Shown here: positions 23,162 through 32,904 of the stretch, one piece after another
Layout of the letters: the number at the start of each line of letters is the position of its first letter
How positions within the stretch are numbered: position 1 is the stretch's first letter
Assembly (NCBI GenBank): GCA_028280285.1
Contig: JANQMA010000017.1
Coordinates: 993-64,992 of the forward strand
DNA length: 64,000 nucleotides
Direction of reading: 5' to 3'
Source: Candidatus Omnitrophota bacterium
Lineage (GTDB): Bacteria > Omnitrophota > Gorgyraeia > Zapsychrales > Zapsychraceae
The notes under the pieces: model-generated
The model's database searches: none
The model's input: only the letters and a program-made list of their open reading frames with translations
Told to the model about the DNA's origin: nothing
Translations under genes and position numbers: made by a program

Positions 23162-23830
23162 ATGTTACATGCACCGATACCGGAAAATGAAGTTGAACGG
23201 CTCGAATCACTCAAAAAATTAAATATTCTTGATACAGCACCGGAAGAACGTTTTGATCGCATCACGCGCTGTGCGCAAAGACTGTTTGATGTGCCTATTT
23301 CAACGATCAGTTTAGTCGACACTAATCGCGAATGGTTTAAATCATGCCAGGGGACCGACGTGACAAAAGGCGACCGGTCTATTTCTTTTTGCGGTCATGC
23401 GATGCTCGCTGATGATTTGCTGGTGATTCCCGATACACATCAGGATGAGCGTTTTAAGGATAATCCAATGGTTGTGGGAGAGCCGCACTTACGTTTTTAT
23501 GCCGGGCAGTCCTTGCGCGGGCCCGGGGCGCATCGTATAGGCACATTTTGTATTAAGGATCAGAAGCCACGGAATATGACCGATAAGGAGAAAGAAAATT
23601 TAAAAGACTTGGCTGCCTGGGTTGAATTGGAGCTTAATGCCTCTGATTTAAGTTTGGCATTGGACGAACGCAATCAAACGCTAGACAAATTAAAACACAA
23701 TAATCAGGAATTGGAAGAGATGAATGAGCTGATGATGGATCGCGAGATACGCATGGTTGAGCTAAAGACAGAAATTAACGATTTGTGCGAAAAATTAGGA
23801 GAAAAATCACGCTACGAAGTGCAAGACTAA
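23162..23830 (+). CDS. GAF-domain protein with C-terminal coiled coil
   Basis: PENEVERL, FDRITR, SFCGHA, DERFKDNP, RFYAG, GTFCIKD; no catalytic output domain. Confidence 0.88.
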   Translation: MLHAPIPENEVERLESLKKLNILDTAPEERFDRITRCAQRLFDVPISTISLVDTNREWFKSCQGTDVTKGDRSISFCGHAMLADDLLVIPDTHQDERFKDNPMVVGEPHLRFYAGQSLRGPGAHRIGTFCIKDQKPRNMTDKEKENLKDLAAWVELELNASDLSLALDERNQTLDKLKHNNQELEEMNELMMDREIRMVELKTEINDLCEKLGEKSRYEVQD

Positions 23831-23929
23831 ACCCGCCTGTCTTCGGTCTGGTTGTTCTGGACTTTTCTTTCCTCATCTGTTATAACGTATTAATATTTTT
23901 ACTATTATTTTAAAAATTACAAGACCACT

Positions 23930-24006
23930 GCGCCCGTAGCTCAGCTGGATAGAGCATTTGCCTTCTAAGCAAAGGGTCGCACGTTCGAATCGTGCCGGGC
24001 GCGCCA
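23930..24006 (+). tRNA. tRNA-Arg(TCT)
   Basis: GCGCCCG/CGGGCGC acceptor, TTTGC-CTTCTAA-GCAAA anticodon arm, GTTCGAATC, CCA; upstream TGGACT-N17-TATAAC promoter. Confidence 0.96.
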
Positions 24007-24019
24007 TTCTTTTTTTCTA

Positions 24020-24976
24020 ATGAAATTTATCGGACGGATTATAACCGTTATTGCCACATTTATCCTCATCGCGTTTCTGGGCGCGATGTTTTATTTTAAT
24101 GTCTATGGTAAAGATTTTCTCACTAAATCCTTAACCGAAGCTTTTGGCCATCCGGTTGAGTTTGAAAGTATTGTTGTTAAGCCGCCGTTTGTTTTTCATC
24201 TGATTAATTTTAATATGGGTGAGAACATTAAGGCTAACAGAGTGGATATCTACCCGCGTTTCAGTTCTTTTTTTGGTAGTGCGTTTTCCATTAATCGCCT
24301 AGTCCTCAAAGAAGCAGTTATTAATTTTGTTGAGGAAAGTTTTAGCGCGCAGGATATGTTTAATCCACAGACTGTTTTAGAGCCACAAGTGTTGTTGGAT
24401 GAAGATGCGCCGAAACCTCAGCCCATTGTTCCCAGAAAAATAACAGATACCTCCGGGACATCGATTCTGTTGCAACATCTTTTTTTCGAAAACTCGACGG
24501 TGAATTACAAGGGTGCCGGGGGCCTTAGCTTTACTTTAACGAATGTTGAATTAGATGCGCAAAATATTATGCTTCCGGAGTTGGATAAGGATGTCTTTTT
24601 TAAATTAACGTCTATTTTACATGCAGAGAGAAAGCAGCTCAACAATGGACGAGTTATAGCTGAAGGGTGGCTTAATTGGAACTTGCGGAATATGCAGGCG
24701 ACACTTAAAGTTCAGGATAAAAAGCAAAAAGACGCTTTGACGGCTATTTTGAGCTCCAAAGACAATGAATTAGCGGTTAAAGGGGAGATTGTGATTAAAG
24801 ATTTTGGTATTCAGATTAAAGATGAAGAGGGGGAAGATAAATCTATTCAGAACCTTTTATCTGATGTGCTGTCAACGGTTGGGATTGATGTGGGAGCTAA
24901 ATTTAATTTTGTCACGCAAATGGATAACTTTGAAATCACCAATGTTGTTTTTTCCGGAAGCATTGTCTCGCACTAG
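24020..24976 (+). CDS. membrane-anchored AsmA/DUF748-like protein
   Basis: N-terminal TM followed by beta-rich sequence; family assignment by resemblance only. Confidence 0.55.
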   Translation: MKFIGRIITVIATFILIAFLGAMFYFNVYGKDFLTKSLTEAFGHPVEFESIVVKPPFVFHLINFNMGENIKANRVDIYPRFSSFFGSAFSINRLVLKEAVINFVEESFSAQDMFNPQTVLEPQVLLDEDAPKPQPIVPRKITDTSGTSILLQHLFFENSTVNYKGAGGLSFTLTNVELDAQNIMLPELDKDVFFKLTSILHAERKQLNNGRVIAEGWLNWNLRNMQATLKVQDKKQKDALTAILSSKDNELAVKGEIVIKDFGIQIKDEEGEDKSIQNLLSDVLSTVGIDVGAKFNFVTQMDNFEITNVVFSGSIVSH

Positions 24977-25085
24977 GCGTCCACGGCTGTATTTTCTCCC
25001 TTGCGGGAGGATGATTTTGTGCTAAAATTATCGCTCCTTAAACATACTTTTTAATTTTTACTTTTCATTTTTCAGTTTGCTTTGT

Positions 25086-25161
25086 GGTGGCTGTGGCGCA
25101 GTGGTAGCGCATCTGATTGTGGTTCAGATGGTCGCGGGTTCGAACCCCGTCAGCCACCCCA
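25086..25161 (+). tRNA. tRNA-His(GTG) with encoded G-1
   Basis: G-GTGGCTG/CAGCCAC-C-CCA acceptor, TCTGA-TTGTGGT-TCAGA anticodon arm. Confidence 0.96.
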
Positions 25162-25172
25162 GTTGTGACACT

Positions 25173-25210
25173 CAGCGAACAGTTCTTTATTGAGCTGTTC
25201 GCTGTTTTTT
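25173..25210 (+). terminator. intrinsic terminator
   Basis: CAGCGAACAGTTC-TTTATT-GAGCTGTTCGCTG followed by T6. Confidence 0.8.
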
Positions 25211-25217
25211 ATAGGGT

Positions 25218-25451
25218 TTAACTTTGGAGTAGTTCTTCAGTTTTTTCGAGGAACGTTTGGGCTTTCGCTACTAGAGTTTCCGCACTTGATTTAGAAAATT
25301 CATTTTCATAGTCAGCATTTTCTCGAAGCGTTTTTGCCATTTGCATGGCTTCAACAAGACGGCCATCGAGCAGTTTCTCGGCAACAAAGAGCGTCTTTAA
25401 CGCAACAATGAGACAGTCTTTAAAATCTTTATCGTTTAAACTTTTTGCCAC
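25218..25451 (-). pseudogene. HEPN-domain toxin remnant (internal in-frame deletion)
   Basis: Overlaps the MNT gene; keeps the C-terminal HEPN part (CLIVAL...LRENADY..F....A...V..A..FL) but is only 77 aa. Confidence 0.6.
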
Positions 25452-25969
25452 AACGGTGTGCCTTTTTCAATTTCTTGGAAGAATACAGGTTCTTTTTTCT
25501 CCAGGCTTACATACTCTTGAGGACTTTTAAGTATTAGCTGAAGTTTGTTTTTATTTTTAAATTTATCAATAATCTCAGTCACATTTGCTTTTTGACTGCT
25601 AACCACCAGTAAATCAATATCGCTATCCTCATTGTTCGTGCCTTCAGCACAGCTCCCAAACAAAACAACTTTTTCGGCGTATGGCTGTAGCTTCTTTACA
25701 AGCGGATTAAGTAATAGTATAGTACGAAATACCTTAAATTGTCTAATGATAGCAGAGCTGTTATCTACTTGATAGAACGTCATGCGACCCTTTTTTTCAC
25801 TTTTAAGCAGATTGTTCTTTTTCAATAGATGTAGAGATTGATTGACTCCGCCAATGCTTAGACCCGTTTTTTTTGCGATTTGACTACTATAAAACGAGTC
25901 GTTTGGATGCTCACAGAGAAATTCCAGTATTTTCTGATTCATTTTTGATGAGAGTATGTCATCATTCAT
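25436..25969 (-). CDS. wHTH plus minimal nucleotidyltransferase (MNT) antitoxin
   Basis: N-terminal HTH (SQIAKKTGLSIGGV) and LFGSCAEG...DSDIDLLVV. Confidence 0.88.
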   Translation of the reverse strand: MNDDILSSKMNQKILEFLCEHPNDSFYSSQIAKKTGLSIGGVNQSLHLLKKNNLLKSEKKGRMTFYQVDNSSAIIRQFKVFRTILLLNPLVKKLQPYAEKVVLFGSCAEGTNNEDSDIDLLVVSSQKANVTEIIDKFKNKNKLQLILKSPQEYVSLEKKEPVFFQEIEKGTPLWQKV

Positions 25970-26198
25970 TGGTTAGCCTTTATTTTCATATATGTGAAAT
26001 TGATTTCATTAATATGAACAATAAAAATATAACGTATTTTGCGCTGAATGTCAAGCTCTGCTGCTTCGGTCAGTTTATAGTCCCCATTTAGACACCAAAC
26101 CTGTCAAATGGATTAAACAATATATTGCAGGAGTTGTAAGTGCTTGCTACTGAATAAGAAATAAGATAAAATACCCAAAATGAATTAAAAGAAAAGCC

Positions 26199-26414
26199 AT
26201 GAGAAAAGAATACGATCTGTCAAAAATGAAGTTCCGACGAAACCCTTATGCAAGCCGTTTAAAAAAGCCTGTCACTATGCGTTTAGGACAGGATGTGATC
26301 GACTATTTTAAATCTTTAGCGGCTGAGCAGGGGGTTCCTTATCAGCAGCTGATTAATATGTATTTGCGTGATTGTGTTCAGACACATCGCAAGCCCGAAT
26401 GGGTATCGCATTAG
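26199..26414 (+). CDS. BrnA/CopG-family antitoxin (orphan)
   Basis: MRKEYDLS..NPYA..KKPVTMRL...IDYFK....GVPYQQLINMYL is typical of BrnA antitoxins; no brnT upstream. Confidence 0.85.
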   Translation: MRKEYDLSKMKFRRNPYASRLKKPVTMRLGQDVIDYFKSLAAEQGVPYQQLINMYLRDCVQTHRKPEWVSH

Positions 26415-26416
26415 AA

Positions 26417-26941
26417 ATGATTTTATTTGAACTTTTTATTGTGTTTTTGCGTATCGGGCTTTTTGCCATCGGCGGCGCGTATTCGTTCCTGCCGCTTTTG
26501 CAAAAAGAGGTGGTTGAAAGCTACGCCTGGCTCACCAAAGAAGAGTTCCTCGAGGTTCTGGGGGTGGTTAAGATATTCCCCGGAGCAATTTCCATTAAAT
26601 TTGCGACCTACACCGGCTATAAAATGGCCGGCATTCCAGGAGCGGTGGTGGCCAATATCGCCAATTTGCTTTCTCCGGCTTTGCTTATTTTCCTGGCCAC
26701 TTTTCTCTATAATAACTATAAGAATACCCCGCAGGTCAAAGGCGCTTTTGAAATGGTTCAGGTGGCAGTGTTTGCGATGATTATTGCCGTGGCCTTTCAG
26801 TCGCTTAATGTGCATGAGCTCATCAAATGGCGCAATTTGCTTGTTATTGTGGCCGCTTTTTGCCTGTTTCTCTTTACTAAAGTCCATCCGGCCTTTATTA
26901 TTATTGGAGCCGCCCTGATCGGTAGTCTTTTTGTAAAGTAG
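26417..26941 (+). CDS. short-chain chromate transporter (ChrA family)
   Basis: FLRIGLFAIGG, WLTKEEF, FPGAIS...TYTGY; hydrophobic. Confidence 0.88.
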   Translation: MILFELFIVFLRIGLFAIGGAYSFLPLLQKEVVESYAWLTKEEFLEVLGVVKIFPGAISIKFATYTGYKMAGIPGAVVANIANLLSPALLIFLATFLYNNYKNTPQVKGAFEMVQVAVFAMIIAVAFQSLNVHELIKWRNLLVIVAAFCLFLFTKVHPAFIIIGAALIGSLFVK

Positions 26942-26962
26942 GGGTGGCCCCTGTTTTTTATC

Positions 26963-26990
26963 TTGTCTGTAAGGCGTCTTATGTTATAAT
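26963..26990 (+). promoter_or_regulatory. sigma70 promoter with extended -10
   Basis: TTGTCT-N16-TATAAT with TG just upstream of the -10. Confidence 0.55.
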
Positions 26991-27013
26991 GCAGACAAAA
27001 TTAAGGCCTTTTT

Positions 27014-27062
27014 CTCCGACGCCAGAAAGCTATACTAAGAGTATGGCTTTCTGGCGTCGGAG
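27014..27062. repeat. 23-bp palindromic hairpin (REP-like)
   Basis: CTCCGACGCCAGAAAGCTATACT-AAG-AGTATGGCTTTCTGGCGTCGGAG, one G-T wobble, no T-tail. Confidence 0.8.
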
Positions 27063-27131
27063 CCTCGTAAATGAAGAATCTATTAATGTAAGTTTGCGAG
27101 GCGTCACTGTAACCTCCAGGAGAATAGACAG

Positions 27132-27479
27132 TTGGAATTTTCCCATTATGATGAGAAGCGGGCGTATAAGCGTTTTACCAATAAGGAGCCTATACGTATT
27201 GAATTTAAGGATTGTGAGTTCTCTGCAGGTTGTCTGAGCTATGATCTCAGTGAGGGAGGCGTTAAGTTTCAACATAATGACTTTATCCCTTTGGGACAGA
27301 AAGTTCATTTAGAGGTTGGATTAAGTAATAAAGAAGTGGTTTATTGCACAGGGCGTGTGGCCTGGGTTCAAAAAATGCCCCATTCCCACCGGTATCAAAT
27401 TGGTGTTCAATTTATGGATGACAGTCTGATTTATGATGCAAGATCACGTATTCATGCCTTTTTTCAAGAGGATGAGTAA
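27132..27479 (+). CDS. PilZ-domain protein
   Basis: RxxxR (RAYKR) and DxSxxG (DLSEGG) c-di-GMP motifs; TTG start. Confidence 0.85.
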   Translation: MEFSHYDEKRAYKRFTNKEPIRIEFKDCEFSAGCLSYDLSEGGVKFQHNDFIPLGQKVHLEVGLSNKEVVYCTGRVAWVQKMPHSHRYQIGVQFMDDSLIYDARSRIHAFFQEDE

Positions 27480-27491
27480 AAAGTAATATGG

Positions 27492-27593
27492 AAGTCCCTC
27501 GCAACTGAGAATTAATAGATGGTTGCTCGGGATAAATTCGCACTTATCAGTTATGTTCGCGTGTTTACGCTCCATAACTGATGTGCTCATTTA
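27492..27593 (-). repeat. double-hairpin tandem-GA element, copy B
   Basis: Reverse complement matches 38397-38496 in architecture and unpaired motifs; see findings. Confidence 0.8.
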
Positions 27594-27603
27594 AGGAGCA
27601 AAA

Positions 27604-27798
27604 ATGGCAGACAAAAAAGATGATGATTTCGGCAAAAAATGTGCTGGAACTAAAAAACCTATTGATCGTGCGCGAAGATACTACCGTGACGGTAATTATT
27701 TTGCTAACAAAACGGCGTATATAGGCTGGCGTAATAAAGCGCGTAAAAAAGCAGCGGAAGAAGCAGCAGCAGCGCAAGAAGAGAAGCAAGAAGCTTAA
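27604..27798 (+). CDS. small basic hypothetical protein
   Basis: Strong SD AAGGAG; 64 aa (RARRYYRDGNYFANK). Confidence 0.75.
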   Translation: MADKKDDDFGKKCAGTKKPIDRARRYYRDGNYFANKTAYIGWRNKARKKAAEEAAAAQEEKQEA

Positions 27799-27879
27799 TT
27801 CGTACTTGGTACTTAGGACTTCGGACTTGGTGGAAAATATCCTAAGTACTAAGTCCCAAGTCCCAAGTCCTAGGTCCAA
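27799..27879. repeat. heptamer-arm inverted repeat, GGACTT/AAGTCC family
   Basis: TTCGTAC TTGGTAC TTAGGAC TTCGGAC TTGG ... CCTAAGT ACTAAGT CCCAAGT CCCAAGT CCTAGGT CC. Confidence 0.85.
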
Positions 27880-27897
27880 TACAATTAATAATAAGAT

Positions 27898-28272
27898 ATG
27901 ACAAACTCCCCACAAGGTTCAGAAAGAAGAAGAGATCCCCGCCTCGAAAATAGCATTCCGCTTAAGATTGTCCAAAAAGGCATCAATATCTCGACTAATA
28001 CAGTGAATGTCAGCCGTTCCGGCGCCTATTGTACTGTTGATCAATATATCGAACCAATGACCAAGATGAAAATTGATCTTATGGTTCCTGTCCGGCAAAA
28101 CGGCAAATTTGTCAGTAAAAAGATTTCATGTGACGGCGTGGTTGTGCGTGCGGAGGAATGTGAAGATGGCAAAAGTCATAATATTGCGATCTTTTTTAAT
28201 GATATCGCGCAGAAAGATGCCGAACGTATTGCCGAATATGTGAATTCTTATCTAAAGAATGAATCGAATTGA
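27898..28272 (+). CDS. PilZ-domain protein
   Basis: ERRRDPR and NVSRSG motifs. Confidence 0.85.
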   Translation: MTNSPQGSERRRDPRLENSIPLKIVQKGINISTNTVNVSRSGAYCTVDQYIEPMTKMKIDLMVPVRQNGKFVSKKISCDGVVVRAEECEDGKSHNIAIFFNDIAQKDAERIAEYVNSYLKNESN

Positions 28273-28955
28273 GTTTATCCAGATCCACTAAAAAACCGGT
28301 TCCGGTGCTTTTTGAAAATCAGCATTTTATCGTCTTTAATAAACCCGCCAGGCTTCTTGTCATCCCGTCACCGACCGAGAAAAATAATACATTAGTTAAT
28401 ATTGTGAATCGTCAGTATGCACGTAATGATGGATCGGCCAAGCTTCATCCATGCCACCGGTTGGACAAAGACACATCCGGGGCTATTTTGTTTGCCAAGG
28501 GTAAGGCCAACCAAAAGGTGATGATGGAGGAGTTTAAAGACAGGGAAATTAAAAAAGTCTATGAGGCCTTTGTGCATGGACACCCTAAAAGAAAAAAGGC
28601 ATCGATCAGTAAGCCGATCAAGTCACTGGATCAGAAGAAATTTAAGCAAACGCGGGCCAAGCCGGCTTTAACGAATTATCAAGTGAAGAAAACCTGTGAA
28701 CACTTTAGTGTCGTCGAGGCAGAGCCTGTGACCGGACGTGCTAATCAAATACGTATTCATTTCAAAGATATCGGCCATCCGCTTGTGGGGGAGCGCAAAT
28801 ACGCCATTGCGCGGGATTATCCGGTCAAATTTAAACGTGTTGCGCTTCATGCCAGCCGTTTGGAGTTTATTGATCCACATTCGCAACAGCATGTTATTGT
28901 GGATGCTCCTCTGGCGGAAGATATGAGAGAATTTTTGGAAAAAAGTGGTCCGTGA
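28269..28955 (+). CDS. RluA-family pseudouridine synthase
   Basis: NKPA, HRLDKDTSG (catalytic Asp), TGRANQIRIHF..IGHPLVGE, LHA. Confidence 0.93.
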   Translation: MSLSRSTKKPVPVLFENQHFIVFNKPARLLVIPSPTEKNNTLVNIVNRQYARNDGSAKLHPCHRLDKDTSGAILFAKGKANQKVMMEEFKDREIKKVYEAFVHGHPKRKKASISKPIKSLDQKKFKQTRAKPALTNYQVKKTCEHFSVVEAEPVTGRANQIRIHFKDIGHPLVGERKYAIARDYPVKFKRVALHASRLEFIDPHSQQHVIVDAPLAEDMREFLEKSGP

Positions 28956-29011
28956 TCCGTGGTCAGTGGTCGTTTTTATGTTTGATCACAGAACACAGAC
29001 CACAGATCACT
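28944..29011. repeat. heptamer-arm IR, GTGGTC/GACCAC family; supplies the rluA stop codon
   Basis: AGTGGTCC GTGATCC GTGGTCA GTGGTC ... GATCACA GAACACA GACCACA GATCACT. Confidence 0.9.
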
Positions 29012-29030
29012 AAAATAAAGGAGGCACAAG

Positions 29031-29348
29031 GTGACAGAAGCAACTACAGAACAAGGTAAAACACTCAGTGAATTATGTGAATACTGTCATGGGATTGCAC
29101 GTGAAAAAGGTTTTTGGGATAAAGAGCGCAATGTCGGTGAGGCATTGATGCTTGTGGTTACCGAAATCGCCGAGGCCATGGAAGGTTATCGTCATGAGGA
29201 TCACGATAATTTTCGCGAGGAGATTGCCGATGCCTTTATCCGTCTTTTTGATTTCTGTGGAGGGATGGGCATTGATATCGAAGCAGAAATTATGAAAAAA
29301 TGTGCTGTTAATAAAAAACGGCCATACAAACACGGGAAAATTTGTTGA
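29031..29348 (+). CDS. MazG-like nucleotide pyrophosphohydrolase
   Basis: TEIAEAME...EEIADAFIRLFD; N-KRPYKHGK. Confidence 0.85.
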   Translation: MTEATTEQGKTLSELCEYCHGIAREKGFWDKERNVGEALMLVVTEIAEAMEGYRHEDHDNFREEIADAFIRLFDFCGGMGIDIEAEIMKKCAVNKKRPYKHGKIC

Positions 29349-29356
29349 TACCGAAA

Positions 29357-29390
29357 ACAAGTGCCGGGTGCGCAGGCACCCGGTGCTTGT
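29357..29390. repeat. GC-rich palindrome (REP-like)
   Basis: ACAAGTGCCGGGTGC-GCAG-GCACCCGGTGCTTGT, inside an operon, no T-tail. Confidence 0.6.
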
Positions 29391-29412
29391 GACGGTTATA
29401 AGGAAATAATAG

Positions 29413-29874
29413 ATGACTATGAAAAAATTATTTTTATTATTACTCGCTTTTGTTTTAACTGGATGTTCAACCGTCAAGATTCCTGAATACATTCAGGATG
29501 AAAATCCCTACACCAAAAACTTTTTTTCTAGTTATCCTGCGACTTTAAAGGCGGTGCAAGAAGTGCTTTCTGACCTTGGCTGGGTCATTGAAGAGTTAAA
29601 AGATCCTTCCGTTTATGAAAGAAGTGAGGGCTTAGACGATCCTTTTTCTGAAAAAGTGCTTCTTATCACAGAAGTGAAGGAAAAAGCCTTTGTCGTCGGT
29701 ACACGCTACAGCCGGCTCAATGTGTATGTCTCCTCCATCGAACAAGACAAAACAGTTGTTGAGGTGCGTTTTCTCACAGTGACTGCCATGCCGTATAGCA
29801 GCATACGCAGCTATGAGCACGAGTTTAGTGCCGAGCGGATACTTAAAAAAATTGAGGAAAAATTGAGTGAATAG
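29413..29874 (+). CDS. putative lipoprotein
   Basis: MKKLFLLLLAFVLTGC lipobox. Confidence 0.8.
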   Translation: MTMKKLFLLLLAFVLTGCSTVKIPEYIQDENPYTKNFFSSYPATLKAVQEVLSDLGWVIEELKDPSVYERSEGLDDPFSEKVLLITEVKEKAFVVGTRYSRLNVYVSSIEQDKTVVEVRFLTVTAMPYSSIRSYEHEFSAERILKKIEEKLSE

Positions 29875-29946
29875 AATTAAGGGGACACATCACTTAATTC
29901 GAAAGTAATAATTTTAAATTAATTAAGTAATGTGTCCCCTTAATTC
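29874..29946. repeat. 26-bp inverted repeat (MITE/REP-like)
   Basis: GAATTAAGGGGACACATCACTTAATT ... AATTAAGTAATGTGTCCCCTTAATTC, one mismatch. Confidence 0.85.
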
Positions 29947-29949
29947 ACC

Positions 29950-31974
29950 ATGGATCAATTCAAACTAGTTTCAAAATTCAAACCTGTCACCGAACAGCTG
30001 GATGCGGTCGATAAGCTCGTTCAAAACATTAAGGGCGGCACAAAAGATCAGGTTCTCCTCGGGGTAACCGGGAGCGGTAAAACATTCACCCTCGCCAATG
30101 TGATTGAGAAGATCAACCGTCCGACGCTCGTTATAAGCCACAATAAAACCCTTGCCGCTCAACTCTATAGCGAATTTAAAGAATTCTTTCCCCATAATGC
30201 GGTTGAGTATTTCGTGAGTTATTACGACTATTATCAACCGGAAGCCTATGTTCCCCAAACCGATATTTATATCGAGAAGGATGCTTCGATCAATGACCGG
30301 CTGGACCGTCTGCGTCTTGCGTCAACCACATCGCTTATGACCAGACGTGATGTTATTATTGTGGCGAGCGTTTCTTGTATTTACAATCTTGGTTCGCCTG
30401 AAGATTATGCACAGTTTTTACTTTATTTGAATGTTGGTGATGAAATTGAGCGCGATCAGGTGCTGGAGAAGCTGGTCGACATACAGTATGAACGCAGCGA
30501 TATGGATTTTAGGCGCGGTTCTTTCCGCGTGCGTGGGGATGTGGTCGAGGTTTATCCGGCATACCGGCAGGACGGCCTTAGAATTGAATTTTTCGGGGAT
30601 GAGATTGAAAAGATCAAACAAATTCATCCGCTGACAGGTGATGTGATTGCCGAACTTGATAAAATTGCCGTGTATCCGGCGAAACATTTTATCATCGGTC
30701 ATGAGCGCATTGACGCGGCCATGGTTGAAATCGAAACAGAACTGAAAGAACAACTTAAAGTATTAAATAAAAAAGGCAAGCTCGCCGAGGCGCAAAGACT
30801 TGAGTCGCGCACGAAATACGATATGGAAATGATGAAAGAGATGGGCTATTGCAACGGGATTGAAAACTATTCACGTGTCTTATCCGGCCGCCCACCGGGG
30901 TCCAGGCCGTATTCGCTCATTGATTATTTCCCGGACGATTTTGTAACGCTGATTGATGAGTCGCATGTAACCGTTCCACAGGTTAACGGGATGTATAACG
31001 GCGACCGCGCGCGTAAAACAACGCTTGTTGATTATGGTTTCCGTCTGCCGTCGTGTTTGGATAATCGTCCGCTTAAATTTGCTGAATTTGAAAAATTAAT
31101 CAGTCAGACTATTTATGTCTCCGCTACACCCGGGCCTTATGAGCAGAAAAAAGGCAAAGGAAATCTGGTCGAGCAGATTATCCGTCCGACGGGGATTGTT
31201 GATCCGCCGATTGAAGTGCGCAAGACCGAAGGGCAAATCGATGATTTGATGAATGAAATCAAAAAGCGGGCCAAGGCCAATGAGCGTGTGCTGGTTACAA
31301 CGCTGACCAAACGAATGTCGGAAGATTTAACGGAGTATCTGCAGGATAACAGTATTAAGGTAAAATATTTGCATTCCGACATTGAAACCATTGATCGTAC
31401 GAAAATCCTGCAGGATCTGCGGCTTAAAAAATATGACTGCCTTGTCGGGGTTAACCTTTTGCGTGAAGGTTTGGATTTGCCGGAAGTCTCTCTTGTGGCG
31501 ATACTCGATGCGGATAAGCAAGGCTTTTTACGTTCGCAGACTTCACTCATTCAAACAGCCGGGCGCGCTGCGCGTAATGTCAACGGCATTGTTATTATGT
31601 ATGCCGATACGATAAGCCAAGCGATGAAAGATACGATGGCCGAGTGTGAGCGCCGGCGTAAGATCCAACTCGCGTTTAATAAAAAGCATAATGTCACACC
31701 GCAGACGATTAAGCGGGCTATCCGCCAGGGAATTGAAGTGTTGGCCGACGAGGTCGAAGAAGTGGTGCTTGATGCGGCCGGCCAGGACAAAGAAGAGTTT
31801 GCTTTTGCCAATTCAATTGCCGCACTTGAACGGGAAATGGAAAATGCGGCGCGCAATTTACAATTTGAGAAAGCCGCCAAGTTTCGTGATAGAATAAAAG
31901 CATTACAGGAAAGCCTCGGGGAGCCGTTGGCCGAGCCGAGCGTGCGTAGGCGAAGAAAGAAATCTAAAAAGTGA
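29950..31974 (+). CDS. uvrB: excinuclease ABC subunit B
   Basis: [36 protein letters not shown]-terminal UVR domain. Confidence 0.98.
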   Translation: MDQFKLVSKFKPVTEQLDAVDKLVQNIKGGTKDQVLLGVTGSGKTFTLANVIEKINRPTLVISHNKTLAAQLYSEFKEFFPHNAVEYFVSYYDYYQPEAYVPQTDIYIEKDASINDRLDRLRLASTTSLMTRRDVIIVASVSCIYNLGSPEDYAQFLLYLNVGDEIERDQVLEKLVDIQYERSDMDFRRGSFRVRGDVVEVYPAYRQDGLRIEFFGDEIEKIKQIHPLTGDVIAELDKIAVYPAKHFIIGHERIDAAMVEIETELKEQLKVLNKKGKLAEAQRLESRTKYDMEMMKEMGYCNGIENYSRVLSGRPPGSRPYSLIDYFPDDFVTLIDESHVTVPQVNGMYNGDRARKTTLVDYGFRLPSCLDNRPLKFAEFEKLISQTIYVSATPGPYEQKKGKGNLVEQIIRPTGIVDPPIEVRKTEGQIDDLMNEIKKRAKANERVLVTTLTKRMSEDLTEYLQDNSIKVKYLHSDIETIDRTKILQDLRLKKYDCLVGVNLLREGLDLPEVSLVAILDADKQGFLRSQTSLIQTAGRAARNVNGIVIMYADTISQAMKDTMAECERRRKIQLAFNKKHNVTPQTIKRAIRQGIEVLADEVEEVVLDAAGQDKEEFAFANSIAALEREMENAARNLQFEKAAKFRDRIKALQESLGEPLAEPSVRRRRKKSKK

Positions 31975-32031
31975 TCAGTGGTCTGTGATCACAAATATTA
32001 ACTGACCACAGAACACAGACAACAGACCACA
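31970..32031. repeat. heptamer-arm IR, GTGGTC family; supplies the uvrB stop codon
   Basis: AGTGATCA GTGGTCT GTGATC ... GACCACA GAACACA GACAACA GACCACA. Confidence 0.88.
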
Positions 32032-32037
32032 AATATT

Positions 32038-32802
32038 ATGAATATTTTAGCCATCGACATAGGCAATACCACCATTCAATCCGCGATTGTGAGCAAACGC
32101 TCGGTTAAACCGCTCACGCCTGTTAATACGAATCTTTCTGCAGCTGTGCTCAAGACAAAGCTAACCTCCGTTGCCCGTCAAGCCAAGCGGCAAGGGGGCA
32201 ATATCAAAGAAGTTATTATCTGCAGTGTTGTGCCAAAGGCATCGCAAATCGTTAAGCGCATTATGCATCAAACACTAGGTATTCAAGTCAATATTGTCGG
32301 GATCGATATGCGGGTCCCGATTAAAAACAATTACCGTCCGCAAAAAGCAGTCGGTCAAGATCGGTTGGTCGGGGCGTTTGCGGCCCAGGCTATTTACGGC
32401 ACACCGGCGATTGTCATCGATTTAGGGACGGCTATTACCTTTGATGTGATTAACAAAAAAGGCATTTATGAAGGTGGCATCATTGTGCCGGGCATTCGCC
32501 TGTCAGCCGAAAGCCTGTTTAACAAAACAGCGCTCCTTCCGAGTATAAACACCATTGAAGCCCCACGCAGCTTAATCGGACAAAGCACCAAAGAAAGTAT
32601 TCTCAGTGGTGTTTTTCATGGCTATGGCGCCATGTGCTCCGGGTTGATCGATCAGCTCAGGGCCAAAAAGTACAAAAAAGCCAAAGTCATTGTCACCGGC
32701 GGACATACCAAGCTCATGCAAAAATATATCTCGGCCAAGATCAATGTGATTGATGAACATCTGGTCTTTAAAGGGCTGTATTTGCTTTCCAAGCGCAGTT
32801 AA
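32038..32802 (+). CDS. coaX: type III pantothenate kinase
   Basis: AIDIGNT, VGQDR, IDLGTAITFD, GGIIVPG, TGG. Confidence 0.95.
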   Translation: MNILAIDIGNTTIQSAIVSKRSVKPLTPVNTNLSAAVLKTKLTSVARQAKRQGGNIKEVIICSVVPKASQIVKRIMHQTLGIQVNIVGIDMRVPIKNNYRPQKAVGQDRLVGAFAAQAIYGTPAIVIDLGTAITFDVINKKGIYEGGIIVPGIRLSAESLFNKTALLPSINTIEAPRSLIGQSTKESILSGVFHGYGAMCSGLIDQLRAKKYKKAKVIVTGGHTKLMQKYISAKINVIDEHLVFKGLYLLSKRS

Positions 32803-32846
32803 ATCAACCACTTACATTTCAATTTCAATTCTTCTGAAAATAACTC

Positions 32847-32875
32847 TTGACAAAAATTGAAAATTTTCTTAAATT
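32847..32875 (+). promoter_or_regulatory. sigma70 promoter of groESL
   Basis: TTGACA-N17-TAAATT. Confidence 0.75.
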
Positions 32876-32900
32876 AGCACTTCAAAAATGAGAGTGCCAG
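32874..32900 (+). promoter_or_regulatory. CIRCE operator (HrcA site)
   Basis: TTAGCACTT-N9-GAGTGCCAG versus consensus TTAGCACTC-N9-GAGTGCTAA, directly upstream of groES. Confidence 0.88.
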
Positions 32901-32904
32901 TTTA

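Noticed and set aside
25047-25074. T-rich heptamer run before tRNA-His
   Set aside because: Possibly a lone right arm of the A/T family, but there is no partner arm and the complexity is too low to call.
27565-27915. Minus-strand ORF with LGLGTWDL repeats
   Set aside because: Artefact of the heptamer element and the antisense of the 27604-27798 gene.
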